A DNA stretch of 55,188 bases from Phycisphaerae bacterium (GCA_046753625.1 JBHHUB010000003.1:1-55188); one strand, 5' to 3'; counted from the first letter of the stretch, positions 1-10,025 are shown. Notes: a model not told the origin generated them from the letters alone. Translations and numbers: made by a program.

Positions 1-275
1 TGGGTTATGATCTTATATTCGGTCGTGAGGCGCCTGCCGTCCTTGCGCCATTCGTCAATCGGGGTGCCGTAGGTCAGCGGGTCGTTTGCCTCATCAATGA
101 ATCCCGGCGCCGGCTCATCGCTGAGCGCGGAGCACAGCACCATCAGAGCCTTGGTGACGTGCACACCTACGTGGTCGTTGACTAGCGTAAACACCCAAAC
201 GAGAATCGCCACGGTCAACAGCGTTGGGCCGAGGGCGGCTAGCCCCCGCAAGAAGAATCGGCGAAAATCATCCAT
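1..275 (-). CDS. DUF502-like membrane protein, 5' part only (runs off the window edge)
   Basis: Manual translation MDDFRRFFLRGLAALGPTLLTVAILVWVFTLVND..., open to base 1. Resembles the DUF502 N-terminus. Not in the ORF track. Confidence 0.6.
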   Translation of the reverse strand, partial: MDDFRRFFLRGLAALGPTLLTVAILVWVFTLVNDHVGVHVTKALMVLCSALSDEPAPGFIDEANDPLTYGTPIDEWRKDGRRLTTEYKIIT

Positions 276-411
276 GAACCCGAGTGCAGTACCTTGAGCA
301 CACCGAAGCAACGATCTAGTTTAACAATCTTACACGCCACGTTATGCCAACGGCGGGAGGCCGTCAACGGTCGACTCGCTGGGCCCGTTGCTGATTCTCG
401 TGGGGCCGAAC

Positions 412-987
412 ATGGATACCTCTAACATCCACGCCACGGGTCGGTCGCGCGCCCTGCTCGCGACGCTCCTGCTGCTTGCGGTCACGACGGCGTTGGCGGG
501 CGCAATGGTCTGGTCCCGGGCGCACCACGTGCTCGGCGAACGGTTTCACGCGCTCGGGTGGGAGATGTCCCTGCGGGTACCCCTGCATTTCCGCCAGGAT
601 GTGGTTTCCGCCAATGCCGCATCGTTCGATGGTTGGACACGGAGCGGCCATCCGGCGCGACTGATCGTCTGGCGCATTCCGCTTCCGGAGCCGGCATCGG
701 CGTCCGAAGTGGTCGCCGGGGTGATGGCTAAGTACGATCGCGCCGAGCGGAATGGCGCACGTCGGGCGATGCGGAGCCAATCCAGCCAACCCATGGGGGA
801 AAAAACAGGTCAGCAATTACTGGACCGGCAACTCGGGGTCATCGCGCGCGCGATTACGGTCCCCTCGATTCCAGCGTTCGCCCTGACGCTCGGTGTTGAA
901 GGTCACGGCATCGACGATAGCACGTACGATCTGTTCGATCGGGTCTGTCGGTCGATTGTGTTCGAGTCCGCCAACCCCGGATCATGA
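412..987 (+). CDS. Hypothetical protein with one N-terminal TM helix
   Basis: ORF 388-987, first ATG at 412; hydrophobic stretch LLATLLLLAVTTALAGAMVW. Confidence 0.6.
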   Translation: MDTSNIHATGRSRALLATLLLLAVTTALAGAMVWSRAHHVLGERFHALGWEMSLRVPLHFRQDVVSANAASFDGWTRSGHPARLIVWRIPLPEPASASEVVAGVMAKYDRAERNGARRAMRSQSSQPMGEKTGQQLLDRQLGVIARAITVPSIPAFALTLGVEGHGIDDSTYDLFDRVCRSIVFESANPGS

Positions 988-1126
988 TGCGGCGCGCGGA
1001 CTACGCCGGCGCCGAACGCGCGCCCGGAAGTGGCCGCGCGGCGCTTCATCGCTTCGCAGGGTAGTGGTATAAGGCGTGCTCCGATGTGGTCGGTTTCGGT
1101 GCTGAAGGTATCTGAGCTACTCGTCG

Positions 1127-1957
1127 ATGCTGCGTGCGTGTGACCATGGCAATGCGGCGCTGCCGCTGATAGGCTCTGGCCGGCGCCGCGCTTTCACCAT
1201 GATCGATGTGGTCGTGGTCATGGCGATCATCGTATTGTTGCTCGCGATTCTAGTGCCGTCTCTGAGTCACTCCAGGGAGTTGGCTCGCCGCGTGCTCTGT
1301 GCCGGCAATTTGCGCCAGTGGGGTGTGGCCACGCGATTTTACCGCGATGACTACAACGACTACCTGCCATCCGAAGGCACGTACACCAACCTCGCCAAGC
1401 CGCATTCCTGGTTCAACGTCTTGCCGCCTTATCTTGGATTGCCCGCCTACAAGGACATCGAGCGCGTCGACAACGCGATCAAGGAGTTTCCGTCGCTTCA
1501 CGTATGGATCTGTCCTTCCAAGAACCTGACCGATGCCTTCAAGAGTCGCTCCGGCAAGAACCAGTTCCACTACGGGCTCAATCAGGTGCTCGATGGTTTG
1601 GGGACCGCGCCCCGGGTTTCCTCGGATACGCCGGGCTATGTCTCCGATGTGGACCATCCGATTTCCGCCTACCCGTTTGCGGCCGAGCCTCATACCGTCT
1701 GGATGTTTGACATCGCGCCGAACTCACCGGCCGGAACGCCCCGAAGCGTGGCCAACCGATTCCAACGCGATTTTCAGGGCCGTCGCATGGGCAGGTTTCA
1801 CGGCGACTATGCCAACGTGCTTTATCTCGACGGCGCCGTTGCCGACTGCCGCGCCGACGATCTGGTCCACGATCGTGATTTCCGCCATGGATCGGTCATC
1901 TGGACCCGTCGCAAGTTGTTCTGGGGCTACCGACCGCATGCACGTTCGACCCCATAG
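1127..1957 (+). CDS. Prepilin-type N-terminal cleavage / H-X9-DG domain protein (DUF1559-like, planctomycete type)
   Basis: RRRA-FTMIDVVVVMAIIVLLLAILVPSL..ARRVLCAGNLRQWG; WICPS; C-terminal HGDYANVLYLDG. Confidence 0.9.
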   Translation: MLRACDHGNAALPLIGSGRRRAFTMIDVVVVMAIIVLLLAILVPSLSHSRELARRVLCAGNLRQWGVATRFYRDDYNDYLPSEGTYTNLAKPHSWFNVLPPYLGLPAYKDIERVDNAIKEFPSLHVWICPSKNLTDAFKSRSGKNQFHYGLNQVLDGLGTAPRVSSDTPGYVSDVDHPISAYPFAAEPHTVWMFDIAPNSPAGTPRSVANRFQRDFQGRRMGRFHGDYANVLYLDGAVADCRADDLVHDRDFRHGSVIWTRRKLFWGYRPHARSTP

Positions 1958-1990
1958 TGCTTTGACATGCCTAAACTTTCGGGTTCGTTA

Positions 1991-2056
1991 CGGATCAAAG
2001 CCGCGGGCGCCAGCCCTCGGACCGGTCCCACCGCTAGCGCGGTGGGCTCTGATTCG
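1991..2056. repeat. Inverted REP-like doublet (family B)
   Basis: Terminal inverted arms cggatcaaagcc / ggctctgattcg (10/12) enclosing two GC hairpins, ccgcgggc-gcca-gccctcgg and cccaccgc-tagc-gcggtggg. Confidence 0.6.
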
Positions 2057-2237
2057 CGGACCCGATTCCGGTTGCTCGGGCGGCGACAACGGACAAATTA
2101 GAGTGTGACGTAGCACTAGCGGCAAAACGGAAGGGGCTGGGCAACGGAACATGGAGGCTTGCCACGGTCGCCGGTTCATCGCCGATCTTTAATCTTGAGC
2201 GGAGCTTGAATGCTTGAATCGTCCATCCCCAACCTTC

Positions 2238-2266
2238 TTGGCTTGATGGTTGCGCGATCGTATAAT
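2238..2266 (+). promoter_or_regulatory. Sigma70-like promoter of the phosphoesterase gene
   Basis: TTGGCT-17 nt-TATAAT. Confidence 0.5.
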
Positions 2267-2353
2267 CCGGGTGCCGGTGGGTGTTTTCAGGATGGGCGAT
2301 CGCGCAAGCGACGGCATGAGGCTCCAAAGGGTCCGTGAGAATCGAGGCACGCT

Positions 2354-2845
2354 TTGCTCGTAGGCATACTCTCAGATAGCCACGGCGACCACCTCATGGT
2401 TCGCGAGGCTGTCAGCCTATTCGACTCGCTCGATGTGGCCCACATCATCCACTGCGGGGACGTCTGTGGCCTCAACGTTTTCGACGAGCTCGCCGGTCGA
2501 CCCGTTACTTTCGTGTGGGGCAATTGCGATGTAGCCAGTGATGCGACCCTCGACTATCTCGAGACCCTCGGCTTGACCGCGCCGGATCACGTTCCGATGA
2601 TCTTGGAGTTGGGCGCTAAACGCTTCGCGGTATTTCACGGCCACGAGCGCGCGTTCGCACGTGCGTTGCACACCTTGGATGTCGACTACCTGCTGCACGG
2701 CCACACGCACATCGCGCGCAACGACCGTATCAACGGAACGCGCATCATCAACCCGGGCGCCCTTCACCGTGCCAACCCCAAGACGGTCGCGATCCTCGAT
2801 ACCGATAGCGACGCGCTTACTTTTCACAACATCGAGCGGGGGTAG
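2354..2845 (+). CDS. YfcE/MJ0936-family metallophosphoesterase
   Basis: Motifs SDSHG, HCGD, GNCD, FHGH, HGHTH, INPG; TTG start. Confidence 0.92.
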   Translation: MLVGILSDSHGDHLMVREAVSLFDSLDVAHIIHCGDVCGLNVFDELAGRPVTFVWGNCDVASDATLDYLETLGLTAPDHVPMILELGAKRFAVFHGHERAFARALHTLDVDYLLHGHTHIARNDRINGTRIINPGALHRANPKTVAILDTDSDALTFHNIERG

Positions 2846-2943
2846 GGGGGGCTGTGCCTTCTCCTGGTCGTGCCCGGCACCCGCTTGGCCGGCAGCAGTT
2901 CGTGCGCAGCGGTCGGGGGGCGACGGGCGGGCGGCCGCGCGCG

Positions 2944-3777
2944 TCAGAGTGCGTTGGCTCGCTGTTTGATCACATTGGGGCTCGATTCGACGATTTCTCG
3001 TTCGTTCGATTCCGCCGCCGCCGGCTGCATGGCTCCTTGCATGGCGCCGATGCATTCGGCCTCGGTATCGGCGGCCGGGCGGAGCCCCGCGGCGATTCGT
3101 TCGCGTACGTAATCATGGATCTGCCCCGGTGTCATCGCCGCCACCTCTTCCACCGACAGCGGCTGGGAAAACCGCAATCGCACCTCGCCCGGTTGAACGC
3201 CCATCTGGTTTCGCCGGCAAACCTTGACCGATCCGTCAATTGTGAAGGGAACGATCATCAATCCCGCACGTTGGCAGATTTTCATCGTCCCTTTGCGAAA
3301 AGGGAGCAGCTTCCCGTCGATACTACGCGTGCCCTCTAGAAAAACGGCCATCGAAATCGGGCGTCGGTGGATCGCCTCAACCATCTTGGTCAGTCGGGCG
3401 AGGGCAACACGCGGGCGATTCTGGTCGATCGGTACGTGCCCGTAGGCGGACATGACCCAGCCCGCAATAGGAATCTGAAACAACCGGTCCAGCGACAAGA
3501 ACCGAAATCGACCGCCCAGCACGGAGATTAGGATGGGCACATCCAAGATGCTCTGATGATTGCCCACAAAGAACTTTGCGTTGTCGCCTTGAAGGAACTC
3601 GGCGCCCTCGACCTTGAGGCGTACACCGCAGATGGCGAGCATCGTGTTGGCCCAAAGCGTGGCCGACCAGGCATACACCCGCCGGGACGGATACACCAAA
3701 CCGATCAAGCAAACTGGAATCCCGATAGGGATCGCCATTAGTCCAAAAACAAACAGCGCAAGGGCCGATCTGACCAT
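2944..3777 (-). CDS. plsC: 1-acyl-sn-glycerol-3-phosphate acyltransferase (PlsC family)
   Basis: NHQSILD (HX4D motif) and FLEGTRS. Confidence 0.88.
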   Translation of the reverse strand: MVRSALALFVFGLMAIPIGIPVCLIGLVYPSRRVYAWSATLWANTMLAICGVRLKVEGAEFLQGDNAKFFVGNHQSILDVPILISVLGGRFRFLSLDRLFQIPIAGWVMSAYGHVPIDQNRPRVALARLTKMVEAIHRRPISMAVFLEGTRSIDGKLLPFRKGTMKICQRAGLMIVPFTIDGSVKVCRRNQMGVQPGEVRLRFSQPLSVEEVAAMTPGQIHDYVRERIAAGLRPAADTEAECIGAMQGAMQPAAAESNEREIVESSPNVIKQRANAL

Positions 3778-4142
3778 ATGTTGAAACTCCTAAGATCACC
3801 TCTGTGGCTTGCACGAGTGCGTGCATGCCAGAACCGACCGCATGGACTGTACCCCATAAGGTGCTTTCGGGCCATACCGAAGTCCTCCGAGAATTCTACT
3901 CTCACTTTTATAATTCATGTACAAGTGGCCGGCATGGTGGATGCGGTTCGTCTCACGGATTTCAGTGGCTCTGGTATGTTGGGCTTGACTGGAGGCCTTC
4001 ATCGCCGGCGTGTGAAGGCGCGACCATCTCGGATCGTCCGACGGTAGGCCTCGGCGCGGTTCTGCTGGGCGCTGCTGCGGCAGGATACCGGGCCACGCTG
4101 CATTGTCGGCCGGGGCATTGCCACGGCCGATCCGGAGCAGGA

Positions 4143-5186
4143 TCATTCTGAGCGCTCACGGGGATTCAGTCTTCCCTTGGCGATTCGCTCCCCCAGCTTC
4201 CGCATGTCCGTGACCGCATCGGTCTCGTCCACGATTTCCTCTCCGATCAGCGACTCCATGCTGTCTTCGAGCGTGACCACCCCGGCCGTACCTCCGTATT
4301 CATCCACGACGAGGAACAGGTGCTCGCGGCGTTTGACGTGCTCGCGGAGCGTGTTGCCGACGGTGGCCGTCTCGGGGATCGCGTGAATCGGTTTGACCAG
4401 GTCGGATATCGGTGTTTGGGGCTTTCCACGGCGTAGCGTTTCGTAAAGATCCTGCTTCAGCACGATCCCGACCACATGGTCCGGGCCGTCATCCTGGACG
4501 GGCAGCCTGGAAAAGCGTCTGACGCCTTCCTGGTTCATCGCCTCGGCGACGGTCGCCGTCCGGTCCAGGAATTGGACCACTCTTCGCGGCGTCATGATGT
4601 CGCTGACGGGCATGTCCGCGATCGCGTGGAGATTGCGGATCACGTCGTATTCTTTGTGGTCGAGCGAGCCTTCCTTACGGCCGACTTCCGCCATGAGCGT
4701 CAGATCGTCCATCGTGGTCCGGCGTGTCGGCTCCGATCCGGCGAAAATGCGACTGATGCCCTGCAAGACGACGATCAACGGATAGGTCAGCAAGATCATG
4801 AATTTGACGATGTAGGCCACGGGCGGTGCCAGTCGATGGCAGTAGGCCGTTCCGATCGTCTTGGGAATGATCTCCGAAAAAATGAGTATGAGCAGGGTCA
4901 GTGTCCCGCTGGCGATGGCTACCCACCCGTCGCCCCATGTCTTGAGCGCCTGGGCGCCGACGCCGGCGGCGCCGACCGTGTTGGCGATGGTGTTTAGCGT
5001 GAGAATGGCCGCAAGCGGGCGGTCGATATTGGCCTTCATTCGTTCGAGGAGGGGGCCGCTGGGTTTGCCGGCGCGCACCAGCCGGGCGATGTCGGACTGG
5101 CGCAAGGAGAGAAGCCCAGCTTCGGCAAGCGAGCAAAGAAACGAGACGCCCAGGGCGAGGGCGAGGTAGAGCAGCATCGCCGTCAT
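4143..5186 (-). CDS. CNNM (DUF21) + CBS-pair membrane protein (CorB/TlyC-like)
   Basis: SFLCSLAEAGLLS, SEIIPK, IMTPR, FSRLPV, VVDEYGGTAGVVTLED. Confidence 0.93.
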   Translation of the reverse strand: MTAMLLYLALALGVSFLCSLAEAGLLSLRQSDIARLVRAGKPSGPLLERMKANIDRPLAAILTLNTIANTVGAAGVGAQALKTWGDGWVAIASGTLTLLILIFSEIIPKTIGTAYCHRLAPPVAYIVKFMILLTYPLIVVLQGISRIFAGSEPTRRTTMDDLTLMAEVGRKEGSLDHKEYDVIRNLHAIADMPVSDIMTPRRVVQFLDRTATVAEAMNQEGVRRFSRLPVQDDGPDHVVGIVLKQDLYETLRRGKPQTPISDLVKPIHAIPETATVGNTLREHVKRREHLFLVVDEYGGTAGVVTLEDSMESLIGEEIVDETDAVTDMRKLGERIAKGRLNPRERSE

Positions 5187-5190
5187 CGAA

Positions 5191-5484
5191 TCACGTACCG
5201 TCTTGCCCGGAGGAAGGAGCCTTGAATTGGTGCTTCGCCTGTCCTGATGTTCGGTATCGCTTTCGGTTTTCGGCGTATTGTTCCACTGTCAAATCGTTGA
5301 GGGCGAACGCGTCCGGATCTTCGGCAATCTTGATCAAGAACGGAACACACCAGCCACAGCCTGTCCCCGCCCCCAGGCACCCGGTCATCAACGACGGTCG
5401 CTGGGGTTTGACGCGCCGGCTGTAGTGCACCAGCTTGCGCATGCTCACATGGTAGCAATAGCAGATTTCGTCATCGATTTCCAT
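5191..5484 (-). CDS. BFD-like (2Fe-2S)-binding protein
   Basis: MEIDDEICYCYHVS...GAGTGCGWC (CxC...CxxC); start trimmed to the ATG at 5484. Confidence 0.85.
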   Translation of the reverse strand: MEIDDEICYCYHVSMRKLVHYSRRVKPQRPSLMTGCLGAGTGCGWCVPFLIKIAEDPDAFALNDLTVEQYAENRKRYRTSGQAKHQFKAPSSGQDGT

Positions 5485-5931
5485 GGCATCGGATTCTACC
5501 CGACCTACACGATGCAATACAGCCGGCCCCGGCGGCGTACCACAAGGCTGCAACAGGCTGCCAACCGGACTCGCGGTCGCGCTGCGACCGATGCCAATCG
5601 AGCCTAAGGGGGCGGCCACCCACCGCGCCGCCTGTGCACCGCACGGAAAAGACGTACCTCGTCAGGGGCAGGCGCGCAGGTAGCGGCGCGACTTCGGGGG
5701 CGGCGATGTGCTTGTCTCCGGCTACGTTGAAGCAGTCCTTCAGCCTGCCATTGCGGTCGCCGATTCTGTCACGGACCCCATCCCCTCATCCCATGGCCCG
5801 TTTTGCACCTGCTTCGACAACGGCGGGGCGGATGGTAGTATGTGGGGCTCGCCTTAGCGGCGGAGAGAATCCCGGACTGGTTGCGGAGAATGGAGCCTCA
5901 TGGCGCTTTGGTGCCGGGGCACGCACGATCG

Positions 5932-8900
5932 ATGATTACGCTGCATGCTACATGGTACGATGGTTGCCTTCATCTTTGGGGGGAGAGCGCGAGCGCCGAT
6001 TCCTATGCCGTTCCGGTCGATGCGCTGCGTTTCCATCTAGGCAACCATTGGGACGGGTTGCTGGTCTCGGGGGCGACCTCGGGGCAGCTTGAGCTCAATC
6101 TCCCTCACCGCGGAGACACCCCGGTCCCATCGTGGGTTGAGCCGGCGGATCAGGCCTCCGAGCCCGTGCACATGGCCGCCACGACCATCCCCTCGCTCAT
6201 GTTCGCACCGGCGGACGCGGTTGATCTCTTGACCATCGATCACGCGCGCGTAGATGGGGCGTTTCGCCTGGCGGCCACGTTCTGCTATTGGTCGAAGGCG
6301 GCGTTGTTGTTGTTGGAATTGCTGGCCGGGCAGAAGTTTGTTCCGGCGATTCACCGTCAGAGCGCGACCCGTTTTCGCGGATACTGGCGGATTGTCGTCA
6401 ACGATGACTCCGCGTCGAGTCGGCTTGAGACGCTGATCGCGACCATGCCGCCGGTCTGCCGTTCTGTGGTCAACGGATCCACCGAAGCCCAGGCCTCCGG
6501 CATTGTTGAGAATTTTCTCTGGATCAGCGCGGACCAGCTCGTGCGACGTTGCCTCAAGAGCGATGAACTGGCGCACGCCATTGTCGATCGCGCATCGGCT
6601 GCCGGGGCAAGCCAGATGGCCTGGCTGCGCTCGCTGGTGTCCGGCGATCCCATGCTCGACGACACGCCCGAAGCCTGCGAAGCGATCCACCAGAAGGTCC
6701 AGGCGTGGATCGGCAAGCTCGAGCCGTCGAGGGATTCACGGCCCATGCGGACCTGTTTTCAATTGCATGCGCCGGAGGTTGCCGAGGGAGGCTCGGATGC
6801 GGCGGCGTTGCCCTGGAAAATAACCGTGCACGTTCAGGCTACCAAGAATGAGGAGCATGTCATCGAGGCATGGCGTCTTTGGGGCGAGGACCGGGATGAT
6901 CCATCCATTTTGGAACGGCCGTTCGAGCATGCCCGGGGGACCGTTGTTTCCGACATCCTTCACGCGGCCAAGCATTTCCCCTTGCTGGAATCGTGTACCG
7001 ATCCGAGCACGGGCATGGCGTGTGAACTATCGGTCGCCCAGACCCACGTATTCCTGCGCGACGCGGTGCCGGTGCTCAAGCTGGAAGGCTTCGGCATTTG
7101 GCTGCCGAAATGGTGGCACGAGGATCAACCACAATTGCAACTCGAGCTCGACATCCATCCGCTGGACGCTTCGAGTGCGGCCGCCGATTCGTCGCTGGGG
7201 CTTCACACGCTGGTCGGCTACAACTGGAAGCTCATGTACGGCACGCATGAGTTGACCGACCTTGAGATTGAGTCACTGGCATCCGCCAAAAACGCACTGA
7301 TCCCCATTCGCAACGAATGGGTCGAAGTGCAACCGTCGGAGGTCGAGGCGGCGCTCAGCTTCGCCCGAAAGCAAAGCCACGGCCGATTGACGGTTCTTGA
7401 GAGCATCCGGCAGGCTTACTTCACCGAACACGCCGACACGGGGCTGCCCATCGTGGGGCTTAAAGCCCACGGATGGATCGAGCGCTTGCTCGACGCCTCA
7501 TCCTACAACGCACAGCTTGAGCAGGTGGTTGCGCCGATCGGCTTTCGGGGGACGCTGCGTCCTTATCAGCTAACCGGCCTCGCCTGGTTGATGTTCCTCG
7601 CGCGACACGGACTCGGCGCTTGTCTGGCCGATGACATGGGCCTGGGCAAGACGATTCAGTTGATCGCCCTCTGGCTGCTCGAACGGGAAGACGGCAAGGA
7701 TGTAGGGCCCACGCTATTGATCGTCCCCATGTCTCTTGTGGGCAACTGGCGGCGCGAGATTGAAAAGTTCGGGCCGACGTTGCGGGTCATGGTACACCAC
7801 GGACTCGAACGGCTGACCGGCAAAGAGTTCGTCGATCAGGTTGCGCATTACGACGTGGTGATCAGCACCTACGGTTTGATGCACCGTGATTTGGAGCACT
7901 TGGCCGCGGTACCGTGGCATCGCGTGGCTTTGGACGAAGCCCAGAATATCAAGAATCCGGCCGCCAAGCAGACGGCGGCCGTACGGTCGCTACGCGCTGA
8001 GCACCGTCTGGCCCTGACCGGAACTCCGGTCGAGAATCGGCTGAGTGAGCTCTGGTCGATCATGGAGTTCTTGAACCCCGGCTATTTGGGGACCGCACGC
8101 GACTTTCGCGGTCGGTTTGCCATCCCGATCGAGCGTCAGCAGGACGCCCGGCGCGGGCAGCGGCTGGCCCGGCTCGTTCAACCGTTCTTGCTTCGGCGCA
8201 AGAAGAGCGATCCCGTGGTTCGAGCGGATCTTCCGGAAAAACTCGAAATGAAGGTTTTCTGCAACCTGACCCGGGAGCAGGCCGTGCTGTACGAGTCCGT
8301 CGTCCAAGAAGCGCTCGGGCGAATTGATCACGCTCAGGGCATCCAGCGGCGCGGATTGATTCTGTCCGCGTTGGTCAAGCTCAAGCAAATCTGCAATCAT
8401 CCGGCTCAGTTCCTCGGAGATGGTTCACCGCTGCCCGGTCGCAGTGGGAAGGTCGCGCGTCTGACGGATATGCTCGAAGTGATCATGGCGGAGGGGGAAC
8501 GCACGCTGGTCTTTACGCAGTTTCGTGTCATGGGGCGTTTGCTTCAGGAACATCTTCGCGAAACCTGCCGATGCGGTGTATTCTTCCTCCACGGAGGAAC
8601 CACCCAGCCCGACCGCGATAAAATGGTCCAGCGATTTCAGACGGATGAGGATGCGCCGCCCGTTTTCGTGCTATCGCTCAAGGCTGGCGGATTCGGCCTG
8701 AATCTCACGCAGGCCAACCACGTGATCCACTTCGATCGGTGGTGGAATCCCGCCGTCGAAGATCAGGCTACGGATCGCGTGCATCGAATCGGACAGCATC
8801 GGCAGGTCCAGGTGCACAAATTCGTCTCCGTAGGCACGTTGGAAGAGCGGATCGATGCCTTGATTGAGCGAAAGCGGGCCTTGGCCGATATTTTGGGAAC

Positions 8901-8985
8901 CGGCGAAAAATGGATCACCGAGTTGAGCACGAACAGCTTGAGGGAGATGTTCGTGTTGTCTCGGGACGCTGTAGCGGAGGATTGA
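5932..8985 (+). CDS. SNF2-family helicase/ATPase (DUF3670-type)
   Basis: LRPYQ, LADDMGLGKT, DEAQ, LTGTPVEN, SLKAGGFGLNL, WWNPAVEDQATDRVHRIGQ; likely start MITLHATW at 5932. Confidence 0.95.
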   Translation: MITLHATWYDGCLHLWGESASADSYAVPVDALRFHLGNHWDGLLVSGATSGQLELNLPHRGDTPVPSWVEPADQASEPVHMAATTIPSLMFAPADAVDLLTIDHARVDGAFRLAATFCYWSKAALLLLELLAGQKFVPAIHRQSATRFRGYWRIVVNDDSASSRLETLIATMPPVCRSVVNGSTEAQASGIVENFLWISADQLVRRCLKSDELAHAIVDRASAAGASQMAWLRSLVSGDPMLDDTPEACEAIHQKVQAWIGKLEPSRDSRPMRTCFQLHAPEVAEGGSDAAALPWKITVHVQATKNEEHVIEAWRLWGEDRDDPSILERPFEHARGTVVSDILHAAKHFPLLESCTDPSTGMACELSVAQTHVFLRDAVPVLKLEGFGIWLPKWWHEDQPQLQLELDIHPLDASSAAADSSLGLHTLVGYNWKLMYGTHELTDLEIESLASAKNALIPIRNEWVEVQPSEVEAALSFARKQSHGRLTVLESIRQAYFTEHADTGLPIVGLKAHGWIERLLDASSYNAQLEQVVAPIGFRGTLRPYQLTGLAWLMFLARHGLGACLADDMGLGKTIQLIALWLLEREDGKDVGPTLLIVPMSLVGNWRREIEKFGPTLRVMVHHGLERLTGKEFVDQVAHYDVVISTYGLMHRDLEHLAAVPWHRVALDEAQNIKNPAAKQTAAVRSLRAEHRLALTGTPVENRLSELWSIMEFLNPGYLGTARDFRGRFAIPIERQQDARRGQRLARLVQPFLLRRKKSDPVVRADLPEKLEMKVFCNLTREQAVLYESVVQEALGRIDHAQGIQRRGLILSALVKLKQICNHPAQFLGDGSPLPGRSGKVARLTDMLEVIMAEGERTLVFTQFRVMGRLLQEHLRETCRCGVFFLHGGTTQPDRDKMVQRFQTDEDAPPVFVLSLKAGGFGLNLTQANHVIHFDRWWNPAVEDQATDRVHRIGQHRQVQVHKFVSVGTLEERIDALIERKRALADILGTGEKWITELSTNSLREMFVLSRDAVAED

Positions 8986-8988
8986 TGG

Positions 8989-9339
8989 ATGGATCGCCAC
9001 GCCGATGGACCGCCGGCTCGTACCGGCCCACCGACTCATTCCAGCGTTCCCCCTTCGCTGAAGGTGGTTCCGACCATTTACCCGACGTCGCCGCCGCTTC
9101 AGTCCTCGCTGGACCGCTTCTGGCAGACGGGGCCGGGGTTCGAGGAAATCGTCATCAGAATTCAAGGACCCGAGTCGCCGTTGGCGATTTTGGAGCAGCT
9201 AGGCCCCTCTCCGTTCGCCCGCGGCGAGTTTCCCCTGGTGGGATTCCTCGCGACCACGTACGACAAGGTCAGCCGTTCCGCGCTGGCACGGTTTCACGAG
9301 GCCGGCCTCTCGCAGACGACCAGGGCGGCGCCACCGTGA
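8989..9339 (+). CDS. Small protein resembling the C-terminal region of SNF2-associated SWIM proteins, without the SWIM finger
   Basis: Starts 3 nt after the SNF2 stop; LDRFWQ...ILEQLGPSPF...LATTYDKVSRSAL; contains no Cys. Confidence 0.6.
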   Translation: MDRHADGPPARTGPPTHSSVPPSLKVVPTIYPTSPPLQSSLDRFWQTGPGFEEIVIRIQGPESPLAILEQLGPSPFARGEFPLVGFLATTYDKVSRSALARFHEAGLSQTTRAAPP

Positions 9340-9484
9340 CCACACCCGTGGGCGTGCAAGACGGAATTGGCGGCGTCCAAGGATCGCCCGTGGCCGGTTT
9401 ACGGGGCGTTCCCGCGAAGTGGGCTACCACGCCGGTCAACCGGTCCTTCTAGGGCCGGTCAGAGGTCATCCATTTCTGTCTCCG

Positions 9485-9625
9485 CCGGCCCGTTTCAACG
9501 GGATTACCCGAAACCAGATAAGCCCGTTGAAACGGGCTGGTGAGCAAAGGAGCAGGGATTGGTCGCTTCCCGGGCGTAGAATGTCCGGGCTAACGGCTCT
9601 TCGGGAAAGACCGCTGAAGCGGTCT
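9485..9625. repeat. REPIN-like inverted doublet plus a third hairpin (family C)
   Basis: ccggcccgtttcaacggg (9485-9502) is inverted to cccgttgaaacgggctgg (9523-9540), 17/18, and each arm is itself palindromic; related hairpin agaccgc-tgaa-gcggtct at 9608-9625. Confidence 0.7.
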
Positions 9626-9877
9626 GCCGGATACGAGCCCCCGAACACACTTCGCCGCCACGCTGCACGGCATGACCCATGACGCACCCGCCAGGCTTGT
9701 CATAGACTCCGCCCGTGGGCCGGCGCCTCCGCCTATTGACGCGCGAAACCACGACGCTTAAAAACGGTTGGCGCCGGGAGGGTCGGACACTCGCATTGCT
9801 CGCCCCGTGCCGGTTTCCGTGGCCGCGGCGGAACCTCGCCCGGGCGGCTTGGTTGCAGCGGCCGATGGGGCAATGCG

Positions 9878-9949
9878 GCCGACATAGCTCAATGGTAGAG
9901 CGCAGCTTTCGTAAAGCTGAGGTTCTGGGTTCGACTCCCAGTGTCGGCT
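9878..9949 (+). tRNA. tRNA-Thr(CGT), CCA not encoded
   Basis: Acceptor stem GCCGACA/TGTCGGC, D arm GCTC-AATGGTA-GAGC, anticodon arm CAGCT-TTCGTAA-AGCTG, T arm CTGGG-TTCGACT-CCCAG. Confidence 0.97.
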
Positions 9950-10025
9950 ATGCGTTTCTCCGATCCAAATCACGCCCGGAAGGAACGGGCCGGCCTAGCC
10001 GCGCAGGTCTCCTGTGGCGCGGCGG

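Noticed and set aside
2110-2185. c-di-GMP-I riboswitch (GGCAAA...GGTCGCCGG)
   Set aside because: Lacks the GNRA-capped P2 stem and the GCAAAG junction; only fragmentary resemblance.
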